Source: an uncultured virus (IMG/VR IMGVR_UViG_3300029985_000693) (Duplodnaviria > Heunggongvirae > Uroviricota > Caudoviricetes). From it: 64,000 nucleotides of DNA. The stretch lies in the IMG/VR virus record IMGVR_UViG_3300029985_000693, positions 1 to 64,000 of that record. One strand, written 5' to 3'. The notes under the pieces were generated by a model. The model searched no databases and was not told where the DNA came from. It saw only the letters and a program-made list of their open reading frames with translations. A program made the translations under genes and the position numbers. Below are positions 17,888 through 29,500 of this stretch, piece after piece; position 1 is the first letter of the stretch; the number at the start of each line of letters is the position of its first letter.

Positions 17888-20389
17888 ATGGCTCAATCAA
17901 TTAATTTCGCAAATCAAACAATCACCATTCCTGGCGGCTACGCGCAATACAACGTGCAGAATGTAGCTAATGGTTTAGCCTCAAGTGGTATTATTACGCT
18001 TGTTGGCGAATCAGAGATTGGTCCCTCATGGAATCTAGAAGCCGATCTAGACCTAAATATCTTTGGACCAGACCAATTAGCAGATGCTATTGCCAAGTAT
18101 GGAGATGGTCGTCTAACCGACGCTATGCGTCAAGGAATCGGTCCATGCCTAGATCCAGCCATTACCGGCTCACCTTCTGGTTTTATTCTGGTAAAGACCA
18201 ATGCAGGAACCCAAGCTTCCCTAGTAATTGCCGACCAAGTTAGCGGCAATTACGGTACTTTGTTTAGTCAAAACTACGGGGCTCAATTCAACAGCCTTTT
18301 TAATACCATTTCAGACTCAGTATCAGAAATAGTGCCTGGATTTACAGCTACTTATATTCCTCCTCAGACCGCTTTCGGTTTAGGCATTCGCGTAGATGGT
18401 GGCTCCTCATCCGCCATTACGGTTGCCAATTCACCCGAACTACCAGCGGCTGTAGTTTCGGCTCTAAATGGTGTAAGTGGCATTACCGCTACGGGGGGTG
18501 TGGCTCAAACACTTCTATCTGGTGGAACCACGGTATCCGGTGTTGTTAATAGCGGTACTGGTTTCGGCACTTCTGTAACTTTCTCCATTCCCGGTTCGTA
18601 TCCCACCCCATCGGTAGGAGATACTCTTTTGATGCTAACGAATACCTTGACGGCTAGCTGGAAGGGAGCCTATTCAGTAACCGGTACATCTACTGGTACT
18701 ATTACAGCCATTAAATTAGCTGATATTGGTGGAACTTCTGGTGTAGTTACTACTCCTACCGGAACTCCATCTGCAAGTCTAACAAGTTCAGACATGGAAA
18801 CGTACACAGCCATTAATGTTGTTACCTCTTCAACTCTAATCGATGGTTTGGGCAAATCACTAGAAATACTACAAACTAGTGGCTCTGCTGCTGAAACCCT
18901 ATTCTACGTTCCCGGAACTGCGGTTCCAAGTGGAGTTATTGCTACCTCTACCACTCCTGAATTAAACGTTTCAGCGGCTGAACGTGTCGTTGGTATGTCC
19001 ATCCTCAATGCGGCCACCAATAATGCTTATAATTTCACTGCCGGTGGACAAGTTGTATTAGAAGTTGGTTATTACACCGCTGCGACAGCTACAATGACCA
19101 TTGGTGTGGTTAATGGAGTTCCCAGCTTCTCAACTACAGTAAGCGGTGGAGCCGGAGCCAGCATTGCCACAACCCCTCTAAGCCAATTCTCCACTGTAGG
19201 AGCTATGGCTACCTGGATTAGCAGCAAACTAGGCTATTACGCCGTTCCTTTTAACGCTACTATTGGTTTAATGCCTACTTCTTCTTTGGACTATGGTACG
19301 TTTGGTATTGCTACCAGCCAAAATACAGCCAGCAAAGCTACTGTAGGTCCGGGTAGGATAAAGTCAGATGCGACTTCGTTCTTCAACGCTCTAAGTGCTT
19401 CTGGAACAGAACAACTAAACAGTCCTGCCGCTAGGGCCAGTTCTGGTCTACCAGCCAATATCACCAGTGTACCATTGGCCGGGGGAACCTTGGGTGGAAC
19501 TACTGAAGCTCAATTCCAAGCTGCTATCGATGCTTGCCAATCTGTTACAACCAACTTCATCGTTCCTCTTATAAGCCAAAACGCCTCTTTGGATATCGCC
19601 AGTGGATTAACCGATCCTTCTTCGACATACCAAATCGATGCGGTTAACTCATACGTATTAAAGCACTGCAACTTCATGTTCGGTCCTCCCAATATGGGAA
19701 ATCGTCAAGGGTTCCTCTCGAAGAGGGACACTCTAGCGAATTGTGAACAAGCTGCTGCCAACCTAAATAGCTCTTTGGTTAGTATGGCTTTCCAAGACAT
19801 TAAAATCGTAGAAGCTAACGGTATAGTTCAAGAACAACCTTGGGCTAATGCGGTTACAGCTGCGGCAATACAAGCGGCTGGATTCTATCAAGGTATATTC
19901 TTCAAATCTATCGATGTCAGTGGTGCGGTTCAAGCGGCTGGAGATTTCAACCCCAAGAACCGTAGCCAATTAACTGCGGCTCTCAAGAGTGGATTATTGA
20001 TTATACAACCTGTAAATGGTTTCCGCTATGTTTCAGACCAAACCACCTACGGTACGGATAACAATCCAATCTACAACTCAATCCAAGCGATTTATGCGGC
20101 CAACCTATGCGCTCTAACTCTAGCTCAACGTATGGAAACAGCCTATGTAGGTAAATCCCTAGCAGACACCAGTGCTTCCTTGGCTTTGGCTTCAATTGAC
20201 CTAATTTGCCAAAATCTATTTAATGCTAAATTGATTGCGGCCAGCACTGGAGCGCCAAAGGGATACACTAACGCATCCGTAAGGATCGTTGGTCCTCAAA
20301 TGATGGTTCAATTGGACTTATACGTCGCTACTTGTTTGTACTTTGTAACCATTAATTTCAACGTACAACAAATCGTCCAAAGCGCCTAA
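17888..20389 (+). CDS. Contractile tail sheath protein
   Basis: N-terminal IPGGY...GIITLVGESEIGP; C-terminal SGLLII...RYVSDQTTY...YVG; 833 aa; followed by a tube gene. Confidence 0.9.
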   Translation: MAQSINFANQTITIPGGYAQYNVQNVANGLASSGIITLVGESEIGPSWNLEADLDLNIFGPDQLADAIAKYGDGRLTDAMRQGIGPCLDPAITGSPSGFILVKTNAGTQASLVIADQVSGNYGTLFSQNYGAQFNSLFNTISDSVSEIVPGFTATYIPPQTAFGLGIRVDGGSSSAITVANSPELPAAVVSALNGVSGITATGGVAQTLLSGGTTVSGVVNSGTGFGTSVTFSIPGSYPTPSVGDTLLMLTNTLTASWKGAYSVTGTSTGTITAIKLADIGGTSGVVTTPTGTPSASLTSSDMETYTAINVVTSSTLIDGLGKSLEILQTSGSAAETLFYVPGTAVPSGVIATSTTPELNVSAAERVVGMSILNAATNNAYNFTAGGQVVLEVGYYTAATATMTIGVVNGVPSFSTTVSGGAGASIATTPLSQFSTVGAMATWISSKLGYYAVPFNATIGLMPTSSLDYGTFGIATSQNTASKATVGPGRIKSDATSFFNALSASGTEQLNSPAARASSGLPANITSVPLAGGTLGGTTEAQFQAAIDACQSVTTNFIVPLISQNASLDIASGLTDPSSTYQIDAVNSYVLKHCNFMFGPPNMGNRQGFLSKRDTLANCEQAAANLNSSLVSMAFQDIKIVEANGIVQEQPWANAVTAAAIQAAGFYQGIFFKSIDVSGAVQAAGDFNPKNRSQLTAALKSGLLIIQPVNGFRYVSDQTTYGTDNNPIYNSIQAIYAANLCALTLAQRMETAYVGKSLADTSASLALASIDLICQNLFNAKLIAASTGAPKGYTNASVRIVGPQMMVQLDLYVATCLYFVTINFNVQQIVQSA

Positions 20390-20433
20390 GTAATAGTAAT
20401 TTTAAGCAATAAATAAGAAAATGGATATAAACT

Positions 20434-20979
20434 ATGGCTACTAATCTACCCCGTGCGAAAATTTGGTCTGGAGCCCGCGCACTTGTATACGTAAATGCGG
20501 TTCCAAACGCAAATGGTTCAGCCTCACCCAGCCAGGGGGGTGGTACCGTTCAACCCACCACTGGAGACGGTCTAGTTCTAATTGGTCTATTCACTACCGT
20601 ATCGTATAATTTCAGCTATATGGAGCAAGACATTGATATACTTGGTCGTTTCGGACCAGTACAAATTGAATACGTAGGGGCTACCACCGTATCAGGTTCA
20701 GCCAGCGGATGGCGTGTAGTTGACAATGGTCCGATGGCTACCGGTTTGTTCCCTACGATGGATCAATTGCTAAATTATACCGATTTGGTATTCCAAATAG
20801 TTGATCGCCAAGACCCAACCAAAATCTTTTGCAATATTACTAATGTTAAGCCTTTAAATTACAGCTCCGGTACTGCCAATAAAACAGCCAGTACGTTCAG
20901 CTTGGATTTCAAGGGTCTAATACTAGAAGAGGACGGCGTTTCCAACGCTGAAATCAACGTACCCAGCTTGCCAATTTAA
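20434..20979 (+). CDS. Tail tube protein
   Basis: SGARALVYV...IG....VSY...ILGRFGP..IEY...FKG; size and position after the sheath gene. Confidence 0.8.
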   Translation: MATNLPRAKIWSGARALVYVNAVPNANGSASPSQGGGTVQPTTGDGLVLIGLFTTVSYNFSYMEQDIDILGRFGPVQIEYVGATTVSGSASGWRVVDNGPMATGLFPTMDQLLNYTDLVFQIVDRQDPTKIFCNITNVKPLNYSSGTANKTASTFSLDFKGLILEEDGVSNAEINVPSLPI

Positions 20980-21015
20980 ATTAAGTAGGACTTGATTTTG
21001 CCCAAGGGGAACGGA

Positions 21016-21348
21016 ATGGCCACAAGTGAATTTGATACTAATCAAATCCTATCTGCTATCGATAGGGTTAATGAAAAGCTTGACAATATCAAGGATAGTC
21101 TTCATTCCGTTCAGTCCGACATGAATGGAAGGTTCAGTGGCTTAACTGAATGGAAAATATCCCAAGAAGACGCCATAGAAGATTTAAAAACCAATTTCAA
21201 AGCTCTTGATACGGCGCGTCAAGAAATGGAAAAAGAATTTGCCGCAAATAGGGCTAAGGATAAAATTGTTACCTTTATAGGTACCACCATATTAACCCTA
21301 GCTGGTTCAGTGGCAACTCATATTTTTTTACATACAGTTACCAAGTAA
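21016..21348 (+). CDS. Coiled-coil protein with C-terminal TM helix (XhlA/holin-like architecture)
   Basis: Heptad pattern followed by IVTFIGTTILTLAGSVATHIFL; start at ATG 21016. Confidence 0.5.
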   Translation: MATSEFDTNQILSAIDRVNEKLDNIKDSLHSVQSDMNGRFSGLTEWKISQEDAIEDLKTNFKALDTARQEMEKEFAANRAKDKIVTFIGTTILTLAGSVATHIFLHTVTK

Positions 21349-21386
21349 TACTTTGATTGCCATAGAAGTCCTAATTTTAGGACCAT

Positions 21387-21968
21387 ATGAACACTCAAAT
21401 ACTAACTGATGCCCTTAATTGGATTATAACCCATAAAACTGCAATAATCGCTGGAGCCTTAGCGGCCCTTCCGACCATTATTACGGCCCTGTCCAACTAC
21501 CCCAAGGCGGCTGGATTAGAAGCTGTACTCAAAACAATTCTAAATATACTGTCTATTGCTACTCACAACGATAGTCCTGGTACATTGAAGCTCCCAGGAA
21601 CGATGTCCAAGCCTCCGGCTGGGCAAACAGCCACACTCAGTGTGGGCAATGGAGCCAAAGTAGCCATAATCATAGCAATGCTACTTCCTTCTACCGGATG
21701 TACCTTCATGAAGTCAATCGCCAAGCCATCAGAACAATGTGGCATGGCCGAAGTTGTTCCAGTGGTAGGAGCTATTTCTGCTGGGGATGAAGCTACGATT
21801 GTTGCTGATCTTGGAAACGCAGTCGAATGTGAAATAGGAGTTATCGTAAGCACTCTTCAAGGTAAAATCGATACTGCTACCGCTGCTGGCAAGGCGAATC
21901 CTTTAACCAAGACCGAACAAAAGTTACTACGGGTTGGTCAAGCATGGCTCAAAGCTCATAACAAATAA
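21387..21968 (+). CDS. Holin-like membrane protein with an internal lipoprotein-signal-like segment
   Basis: Two N-terminal hydrophobic segments, then KVAIIIAMLLPSTGC. Confidence 0.45.
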   Translation: MNTQILTDALNWIITHKTAIIAGALAALPTIITALSNYPKAAGLEAVLKTILNILSIATHNDSPGTLKLPGTMSKPPAGQTATLSVGNGAKVAIIIAMLLPSTGCTFMKSIAKPSEQCGMAEVVPVVGAISAGDEATIVADLGNAVECEIGVIVSTLQGKIDTATAAGKANPLTKTEQKLLRVGQAWLKAHNK

Positions 21969-21994
21969 TTTAGTATTAATTAAAGGAATAAAAA

Positions 21995-23152
21995 ATGGAT
22001 AATTGGCTATTGGTAGCTTTATTTTCTGTAGGAAGCTGGGGGCTCAGCTTTCTTTTAATGAAGCTTTACGACAATAATATAAAATCTGAATTTAAAGCTA
22101 CCGCCAAATCCATTAAAGATACGGCTGATAAGGTAACTAAGGATCTAGTTGCCATTTTAGAAGAAAAGGACAAAACCGTCAATGCTTTGGCACAGGGGAT
22201 CTCTTCACTTAATAGCCACAAAGTTGTAATGGAAGGATTCAGCAAAGAAACAGCTGAAAAACTAGTAGCCATCGATATTGAACACCTTAATGTAAATGGA
22301 AGTATCCGACAAACAAACGATGTATTAAATAAACACAAAACATCGGTTCAAGACAGCTTTACGTCCATAAATAACAAATACGAGGACTTAAGAAATCAAT
22401 TAACAGGCTGTACTCAACACATGGAAATGATGACTAGGATTCAAGAACAAACAACCAAATCCCTAGAATCAGCCATTGCTAATTTAAACGTAAATAAAGC
22501 TACGGTGCTTTCTTTAGATCAAACAAACAATGAAATAAATAAAATCAACCAAGAATTAGCCAAAATCAATAAGTTTGATGAGCTAAAAGAGTCTATTGTA
22601 CGTACAGACATGGCTAAAGTCAACAACGAGAGGCTAACTGAGCTACAAGCCGCCCTATTAGACAACAAGAACCTACACACCCAGCTAGAAATATCCCTTA
22701 AAGAACAACTGGCTAATATTAAAGAATCTTTAATTGGTATTAACAGTGAAAAATCCAAACTAGAATTAGACATAATCAATAAGTTCAATGAATTCAAAGC
22801 TAATTTAGATAAAGAGTCTATTATTAGATTTAATGATCTAAAGAAGGCCGTGGAAAATATTATACCTAATTCCGATACAGCAAATATCGTTAAAACAGCC
22901 ATAGAAGAAGTAGACGCCCTAAAAGATGAAACAATACAAGAATCTATAGTTAAAGCTAAACAAAACCATGAAGCTTATATAGAAGAGCGTAAAAGCCGTA
23001 GGGCTGCTAATCATGAAAATGATCCTAAAACCTTAGAATTTCATCCAGACCAAAAAATAAAAGCCTTAGCCCAAAGAGTCCAAAGAGATTTAACCCAAAA
23101 AGGATACAAAGTAACACTAGAAAAAATAATCAGTATGGTTAAGGGGAGCTAA
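21995..23152 (+). CDS. Membrane-anchored long coiled-coil protein
   Basis: N-terminal TM WLLVALFSVGSWGLSFLLM, then about 300 aa of heptad-rich sequence; AAGGA RBS. Confidence 0.6.
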   Translation: MDNWLLVALFSVGSWGLSFLLMKLYDNNIKSEFKATAKSIKDTADKVTKDLVAILEEKDKTVNALAQGISSLNSHKVVMEGFSKETAEKLVAIDIEHLNVNGSIRQTNDVLNKHKTSVQDSFTSINNKYEDLRNQLTGCTQHMEMMTRIQEQTTKSLESAIANLNVNKATVLSLDQTNNEINKINQELAKINKFDELKESIVRTDMAKVNNERLTELQAALLDNKNLHTQLEISLKEQLANIKESLIGINSEKSKLELDIINKFNEFKANLDKESIIRFNDLKKAVENIIPNSDTANIVKTAIEEVDALKDETIQESIVKAKQNHEAYIEERKSRRAANHENDPKTLEFHPDQKIKALAQRVQRDLTQKGYKVTLEKIISMVKGS

Positions 23153-23156
23153 CCAA

Positions 23157-23498
23157 ATGAATGTATTCACTCCGGTTCCATTTGGACCAACATACAACGT
23201 ATCTACCTTAACTCCATTGATAGGTAATTTTCTTATTAGTGGCTATGATACAGTTATAATTACAATCCAAAACCTAGATTCAACTCATACGGTAACTCTA
23301 GTGGTAGATCCTAGTACTTCTGGGGTCGTATTCAATACAACCCAGCGCCAGCAAAGTTATGCATTGCCGTTAGAGGAAGGGTCGGTGACTATCCAAACTT
23401 CTGCATATCAATATATAAGAGTTTCAGCTCAAACAGACGGTCCATCTTACCCTACCGTTCAAGTAAAGTTTCAAATTAATGGTAGTAAGGATATATAA
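23157..23498 (+). CDS. Small beta-sandwich putative virion protein
   Basis: Alternating beta pattern, YQYIRVSA; TAATG-coupled to the next gene. Confidence 0.5.
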   Translation: MNVFTPVPFGPTYNVSTLTPLIGNFLISGYDTVIITIQNLDSTHTVTLVVDPSTSGVVFNTTQRQQSYALPLEEGSVTIQTSAYQYIRVSAQTDGPSYPTVQVKFQINGSKDI

Positions 23499-26400
23499 TG
23501 AAACGATTTTTCCTACTTATAATTCTAGTGAGTTTTGGTTCTTTAGCCAATGTAAGCGACCCAGCCGTAACAGCTCCGGTTGGTAGGGCTACCCCTTCGG
23601 CCCTGTCTGTTCAAGGTCAAGCCGGAATGATTCCTATAGCTGTTACTTGCTCTAATTGTGGTTCAGGGGGTGGCTCTGGAGGAGGTTCGGGTGGAGGCAG
23701 CGGTGGTTCGGGTGGAGATGTAAACATTATAGAGGTTGGAGGCGCAGCTGTTTCTTTGGGTTCTAAAACTTCTGTTAATAGCTTTCCTGTAGTAATAGCT
23801 TCAGATCAGGGGGATGTGCCTGTTTCTGCTGTTTCTTTGCCACTACCTACCGGCGCGGCAACTTCTGCCAATCAAACCAGTGAAATAACCGTACTGGAAG
23901 CAATTTCAGCTCAATTACCCGCCTCACTAGATGGATCTGGAGATCTAAAGGTACATGAACAAGGCATAGCAAATGTAGATATTACCAACTCAAGCATTCC
24001 CGTGACGCAAAGCGGTTCCTGGACCGTTACAGCTAATGCCGGTACTAACCTAAATACATCCCTGTTGGCCTTGGATACGTCTGTAAATGGTATTTTGGTA
24101 GCCCAAGCATCTACTACCTCTGGAGAAAAGGGACCGCTAGTTCAGGCTGCGGTAACAACATCCGCCCCAACCTATTCCAATGGGCAAACAAGTCCATTAT
24201 CTTTGGATTCTACTGGTAGCTTACGTGTAAACGTAACGGCTGGTGGAGGAGCCAACGCTTCTATAGGTACAATTGGCGCTACTTTGCCTGGATCTGCTAC
24301 CACTGTAGGTTTCAAGGACGGCTCAGGTAATTTGCAAGCGTTTATTGGAGACACCACAAATGGCATTAAAGTACAATTACCTACTGGTTTTGCTACTTCT
24401 GCTTTGCAAACAACAGGAAATGCCACATTGGTTACCATAAATTCAACACTTGGAACCCCTATGCAACAAACAGGTGGTAGCGTTACTGCTAATGCCGGTA
24501 CCAACCTAAACACATCCCTATTGTCTTTGGATACTTCAGTTAATGGTATATTGGTAGCTCAAGGTTCAACGACTTCTGGAGAAAAAGGACCATTAGTTCA
24601 AGCTGCGGTAAACACAGCTGCTCCTGTTTATTTAGACGGTCAAACAAGCGCCCTGTCCTTAGATACTACCGGTAGCTTACGTGTAAACGTAACGGCTGGT
24701 GGAGGAGCCAACGCTTCTATAGGTACAATTGGAAGCGCAATACCATCTTCTGCTACCACTGTTGGATTTAAAGATGGTTCTGGCAATCTACAAGCTTTCA
24801 TTGGTGATACAACAAACGGTATTAAAGTACAATTACCCGGTGGTAGCGTTACTGCTAATGCTGGTACTAACTTAAATACATCCTTATTAGCTTTAGATAC
24901 TTCAGTTAATGGTATTTTAGCTACTCAAGGCTCTACCACCGCTGGAGAAAAGGGTTCCCTGATGATGGGAGCGGTTACCACGTCCGCTCCATCGTACTCC
25001 AATGGGCAGACAAATCCATTCTCTTTGGACGCTGCTGGTAATTTAAGGGTCAACGTAGTGAGCGGAGGTGGTTCTAATGCTTCGGTTGGTTTAACCGGTA
25101 CAACGGCTCCTACTTCAGCGACAGAAATGGGTATGATCACCAGTGGTAACTTAGTTGGTATTACAAGTGGTCAAACAACCATGACGAATAGCCTTCCAGT
25201 GGTAATAGCGTCGGACCAATCTACAATTACGGTACAAGGCGCTGGAACTGGATTAGCTCAATCGGGAGGAGTGTTGTTGACTCAGCCGACCCAAGCAAAA
25301 ACAGCCTCTACCGTATTTAACGCATTAAGTCAAACACTTGTTATCCCTTTGGCTGGCTCTCAAGGGGCTGTATTCCAGCTGACAGCTATTTCAGCGGGTA
25401 CTATGACTGCTGTAGTGGATGCCAGCTGGGACAACGGAACTACGTGGACTAGCTCAGGTTACCAATTCGAAGGAGTATTGAGTTCTGCTACATTTGCATC
25501 CTTAGCTGCAAATACAGGTACAAACGCACTAGACGCTTACATGTTGATCCCAAACAACTCAACCTTTACAGCCAATGCTCCCGCCTACACCCCTACCCAT
25601 TTGAGGATTAGGGTTTCAGCCTATTCATCTGGCTCCATTACAGGAACCCTTACTGCTATACCTGTTAATGCAAATCCAAGCACGGGAGCTATTAACGGCA
25701 CATACAACCTTCCAGGTGCCGCCACCCTAAACGGTGTAGATATCGGTAACGGTTCAATGGGACCCGTTTGGGGTGCAACTGTCAACTCATTAGCTCCTCA
25801 AGTCGGTATGGAAGTATTGACAGGTGTTGCTACGTCGGCTATCAGGGCTGCAACCTCAGGAAATATGGTCATGCCTAGCATCGATAATGCCAACGGAGAT
25901 GCTTTTGTCGAAATTGCGAGCGGTGTAACAAAAGCGGCTGTAGTTACAAACAATACCACCGCCGTTGGTATTGGTTTGGAAGTGCTAGATCACGTAGCTG
26001 AAACACTAGGAAGCACTGCGTCATATTCAACCGGAAATAGCGTGGCCGCAGCTGTGGACCTTTCGGGTCGTACATATATAGTAGGGCAGATAGCAGATAA
26101 CACCGCTGCCGCTGGCAATCCTGTAGCCATTGCAGCCAAGGGCGTAGCCGATGGCGCTGCTCCTTCAGCCGTATCTGCCGGTAGCACTGGTTATCCAATT
26201 ATGTCACTCGATCGTCGTCTTTATGTGGATACCACTCATCCTAATTTTTTCTCTTACAACATGAGCGGACAAACGACAAATACTCAATTAGTTGGTTTAT
26301 CTGGTGCTAGCGTTTCATATTATATTGATTCTGTTACGTTTTCGACTAGCGCTGCTACAAACATGTCTTTGGTTAGTAGCACTACAGCTGGTACGGCTTG

Positions 26401-26572
26401 CGTTTCAACACCAACAATTGTTGTTCCTACTATATACCTAAACTCGGGTGGGGCTGGTGCCACCATGACTTTCCCAAGTCCCATCAAAGTGACCGCAAAC
26501 TCCGCGTTATGCTGCACTGTAAGTGCAGCCAACGCTTCTAGCTGTGTCGTAACTGGACATTTGGCTCCTTAA
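23498..26572 (+). CDS. 1024-aa fibre-like repeat protein with a Sec-type signal peptide
   Basis: MKRFFLLIILVSFGSLA| N-terminus; GGGS linker; long internal repeats; jelly-roll-like middle and C-terminal domains. Confidence 0.7.
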   Translation: MKRFFLLIILVSFGSLANVSDPAVTAPVGRATPSALSVQGQAGMIPIAVTCSNCGSGGGSGGGSGGGSGGSGGDVNIIEVGGAAVSLGSKTSVNSFPVVIASDQGDVPVSAVSLPLPTGAATSANQTSEITVLEAISAQLPASLDGSGDLKVHEQGIANVDITNSSIPVTQSGSWTVTANAGTNLNTSLLALDTSVNGILVAQASTTSGEKGPLVQAAVTTSAPTYSNGQTSPLSLDSTGSLRVNVTAGGGANASIGTIGATLPGSATTVGFKDGSGNLQAFIGDTTNGIKVQLPTGFATSALQTTGNATLVTINSTLGTPMQQTGGSVTANAGTNLNTSLLSLDTSVNGILVAQGSTTSGEKGPLVQAAVNTAAPVYLDGQTSALSLDTTGSLRVNVTAGGGANASIGTIGSAIPSSATTVGFKDGSGNLQAFIGDTTNGIKVQLPGGSVTANAGTNLNTSLLALDTSVNGILATQGSTTAGEKGSLMMGAVTTSAPSYSNGQTNPFSLDAAGNLRVNVVSGGGSNASVGLTGTTAPTSATEMGMITSGNLVGITSGQTTMTNSLPVVIASDQSTITVQGAGTGLAQSGGVLLTQPTQAKTASTVFNALSQTLVIPLAGSQGAVFQLTAISAGTMTAVVDASWDNGTTWTSSGYQFEGVLSSATFASLAANTGTNALDAYMLIPNNSTFTANAPAYTPTHLRIRVSAYSSGSITGTLTAIPVNANPSTGAINGTYNLPGAATLNGVDIGNGSMGPVWGATVNSLAPQVGMEVLTGVATSAIRAATSGNMVMPSIDNANGDAFVEIASGVTKAAVVTNNTTAVGIGLEVLDHVAETLGSTASYSTGNSVAAAVDLSGRTYIVGQIADNTAAAGNPVAIAAKGVADGAAPSAVSAGSTGYPIMSLDRRLYVDTTHPNFFSYNMSGQTTNTQLVGLSGASVSYYIDSVTFSTSAATNMSLVSSTTAGTACVSTPTIVVPTIYLNSGGAGATMTFPSPIKVTANSALCCTVSAANASSCVVTGHLAP
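24025..25085 (+). repeat. Three copies (third partial) of a long coding repeat, including an exact 62-bp duplicate at 24215-24276 and 24671-24732
   Basis: VTANAGTNLNTSLL.LDTSVNGIL..Q.STT.GEKG starts near 24025, 24482 and 24848. Confidence 0.9.
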
Positions 26573-26573
26573 T

Positions 26574-29500
26574 ATGCTTAAGAGATTATTTATATTATTA
26601 ACAATAGTTGGAAGTGCAGCCTATGCCGGAGATGCATGGGTAGGAAGCAACAGTGCTACATCCTATTATAGCACTAATAACGGTTCTACGTGGACTGCTG
26701 CAACTGGAATGGCAAGTCAAGGAATACAACCTTCATGCGTTGGTAGTAATTGCACTACCTTTTTTTATGCAGCTACTGGAAATACAGCTTATTATACAAC
26801 AAATGGAGGAGCTACATGGAGTACATCAACACTGCCAGCAACTCAGGGGTGGCAAACTCCAAGTTGTGTTGGAACCAACTGTAGCGCAACTGCTGGTTGG
26901 TTTGCTGGAGTAAACACAACGACTGCGGCTTTTAGCTCTAACAACGGACAAACATGGGTATCGTCTACATTGCCATCATCTCAATTGTGGTGGGCTCCCT
27001 CTTGTTCTACTGGAAGTGTTTGTGTTGTTGTATCTGGAAGCACATCAACAAACGTTGCCGCTTTTTCTACTAATAGTGGATCTACATGGACCGCTTCTAC
27101 TTTACCGGCAACCGCCTCATGGGGATATTCGGTGTGCAATGGTTCAAACTGTGTCGTCACGGAAACAGGATCAACCACAACGGCGGCCTTTAGCAGTAAT
27201 GGTGGTTCTACCTGGGCAACATCTACGATGCCAAGTTCAGGTCAGTGGAGAGTTTCTTGTTCTGGAACAACATGTGCTGGAACAAGATATGATACAAACA
27301 CAACAGCGGGAGCTTTCTCTTCCAATGGAGGAGCTACTTGGTCTGCGTCAACCCTACCATCAAGCGGAACTTGGAGTTCCATATCATGTTATTCATCTAC
27401 TTGCTTTGCTTTTAGGAATGACTCTGCCACCACCGCTGCTGCCGTATCAACCAATGGTGGCTCTACTTGGTCAGCTTCTACAATGCCATCGTCAGCAGCA
27501 CCGTGGGGTAATCCTTACGCTGATTTTGGCGTTACAAACAATGCAGCCGTTGTCTGCAATGCCACTCTATCTGGGTGTATGACATACAATGGAGGTACTG
27601 GTTATGCCTTTACGGCAAATAGCGGTACTTCTTGGACGGGTGGCACTATTGGTTCTGGTTATAGCGGATGTGGTCTAGCGTATGCTTCAGTGGCACCGGC
27701 TATCACGTCCTTTACTGGCTCTCCAGGTGTATTTGGGGCGGCTGTAACAATTACAGGTTCTGGGTTTACAGGCGCTACATCATTGTTGTTTAATAATTTT
27801 TCCCAACCAACATTCACTATAGCTTCTGATTCTACAATTACAACTACAGTTCCAACCGGGGCAACAACAGGACAATTATCTGTAACATCACCATCAGGTA
27901 CTGGTCTGTCCGCTTCCAATTTCATAGTTTCTGGACATTCTGGTGGGGCCTTCTTTATAGGTAATAACGGTAGCAATCCAAAAGCCAATGTAGCTTACAG
28001 TACAAACGGCTCATCTTGGTTTTCAGCAACAGCTTTTGGATCAACATTTTGGAGTAATCTACAAGGAAATACAACGTCTTGCAATTCTACCACAAATACA
28101 TGTGTTCTTACTGTCGATCCAAGTTCACTGGGTTTTTTTACAGCTTATTCTCCCAATGGAGGTCAAACATGGCAATTAAGTTCTCAATTAGCCGCCAACA
28201 CATGGGGGGGTGGGGTGAGCTGCCCATCTCTTTCTGGATGCGTAATGGTACAAGGTATTTCGACCAATACGGTAGCTTTTTCAACAAATGGAGGCTTATC
28301 ATGGAGTACTTCTACAACTCCATCTACCACGACCTGGAATGCTCCTGCATGTGTTGGAGCTAATTGTACACTTACCTCAAATGCCGGTACGGCTGGAGCG
28401 GCTTATTCAACAAATGGAGGTTCTACATGGACCGCTGCGACGATGCCTTCTGCCGCAACATGGAACACACCTACATGTGTAAGTACGTTTTGTACGGTAA
28501 CGGCTTATTTTACAACTACAACAGCGGCGGCTTATTCAGCCAATAACGGACAAACTTGGTCTGCCGCCATAATGCCTTCTTCCCAATCATGGAATCCTCC
28601 GACTTGTAGCGGAACGACTTGTTCAGCAACAACAAACACAACAACAACCGCAGCTGCCTATAGCACCAACAATGGCTCTACGTGGGGTGCAGCTACAATG
28701 CCATCTTCAAATCAATGGAACTCACCATCTTGTAGCGGAACTGTTTGTGTCGCCACTATAGTAGCATCCGGCACCACAGCGGCTTATTCAACAAATAGCG
28801 GGCAAACCTGGACAGCCGCTACAATGCCATCTTCTCATGCTTGGGGAAATCCAGTTTGTGTGAGTAGCAATTGCATTGCGATTCCTTTTGGAGGTACAGC
28901 TACTACCGCTGCTGCATATTCAATAAACGGTGGTCAAACTTGGACAGCCACTACACTACCAACATCGCAATCGTGGGGTCAACCAACATGTATTAATACA
29001 AATTGTACGGTAACGGCTTATTACAGCTCAAGCGCTGCTGCATATTCGACAAATAACGGTCAAACTTGGACTGCAACAACTATGCCACCGCAAGACGTTC
29101 CATTAAATGCAATATCATGTGGCTCTACAACATGCGCAAGCACAAGTAGCTTGTATTCTGGCACTGGAAGTTTCTATACTGGTAATGGATATTACTGGAC
29201 CAGTCCAAACTCTCTTCCGGGAAATTCATTAAACTGGAAGGCTGCTTCCTGTGCTGGTTCTACATGTTCAACAGTAGTAACCAATTCTAGTACAGCCGCT
29301 GCTTTTAGCTCTAATGGAGGATCGTCTTGGGTATCCGCAACAATGCCTTCTTCGGCAATATGGAATACACCTCTATGTATTGTTGGCGGGTTTTGCGTTG
29401 CAACAAACGCTACATCTGGTACTGCTGCTGCCTATTCGACAAACGGTGGTTCTACTTGGGTCGCAGCAACGATGCCTTCGAGTGGTGTTTGGAACACTCC

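Noticed and set aside
23660..23720. GGGS repeat as a sign of synthetic sequence
   Set aside because: Codons are varied and the context is a natural Gly/Ser-rich protein; no vector features
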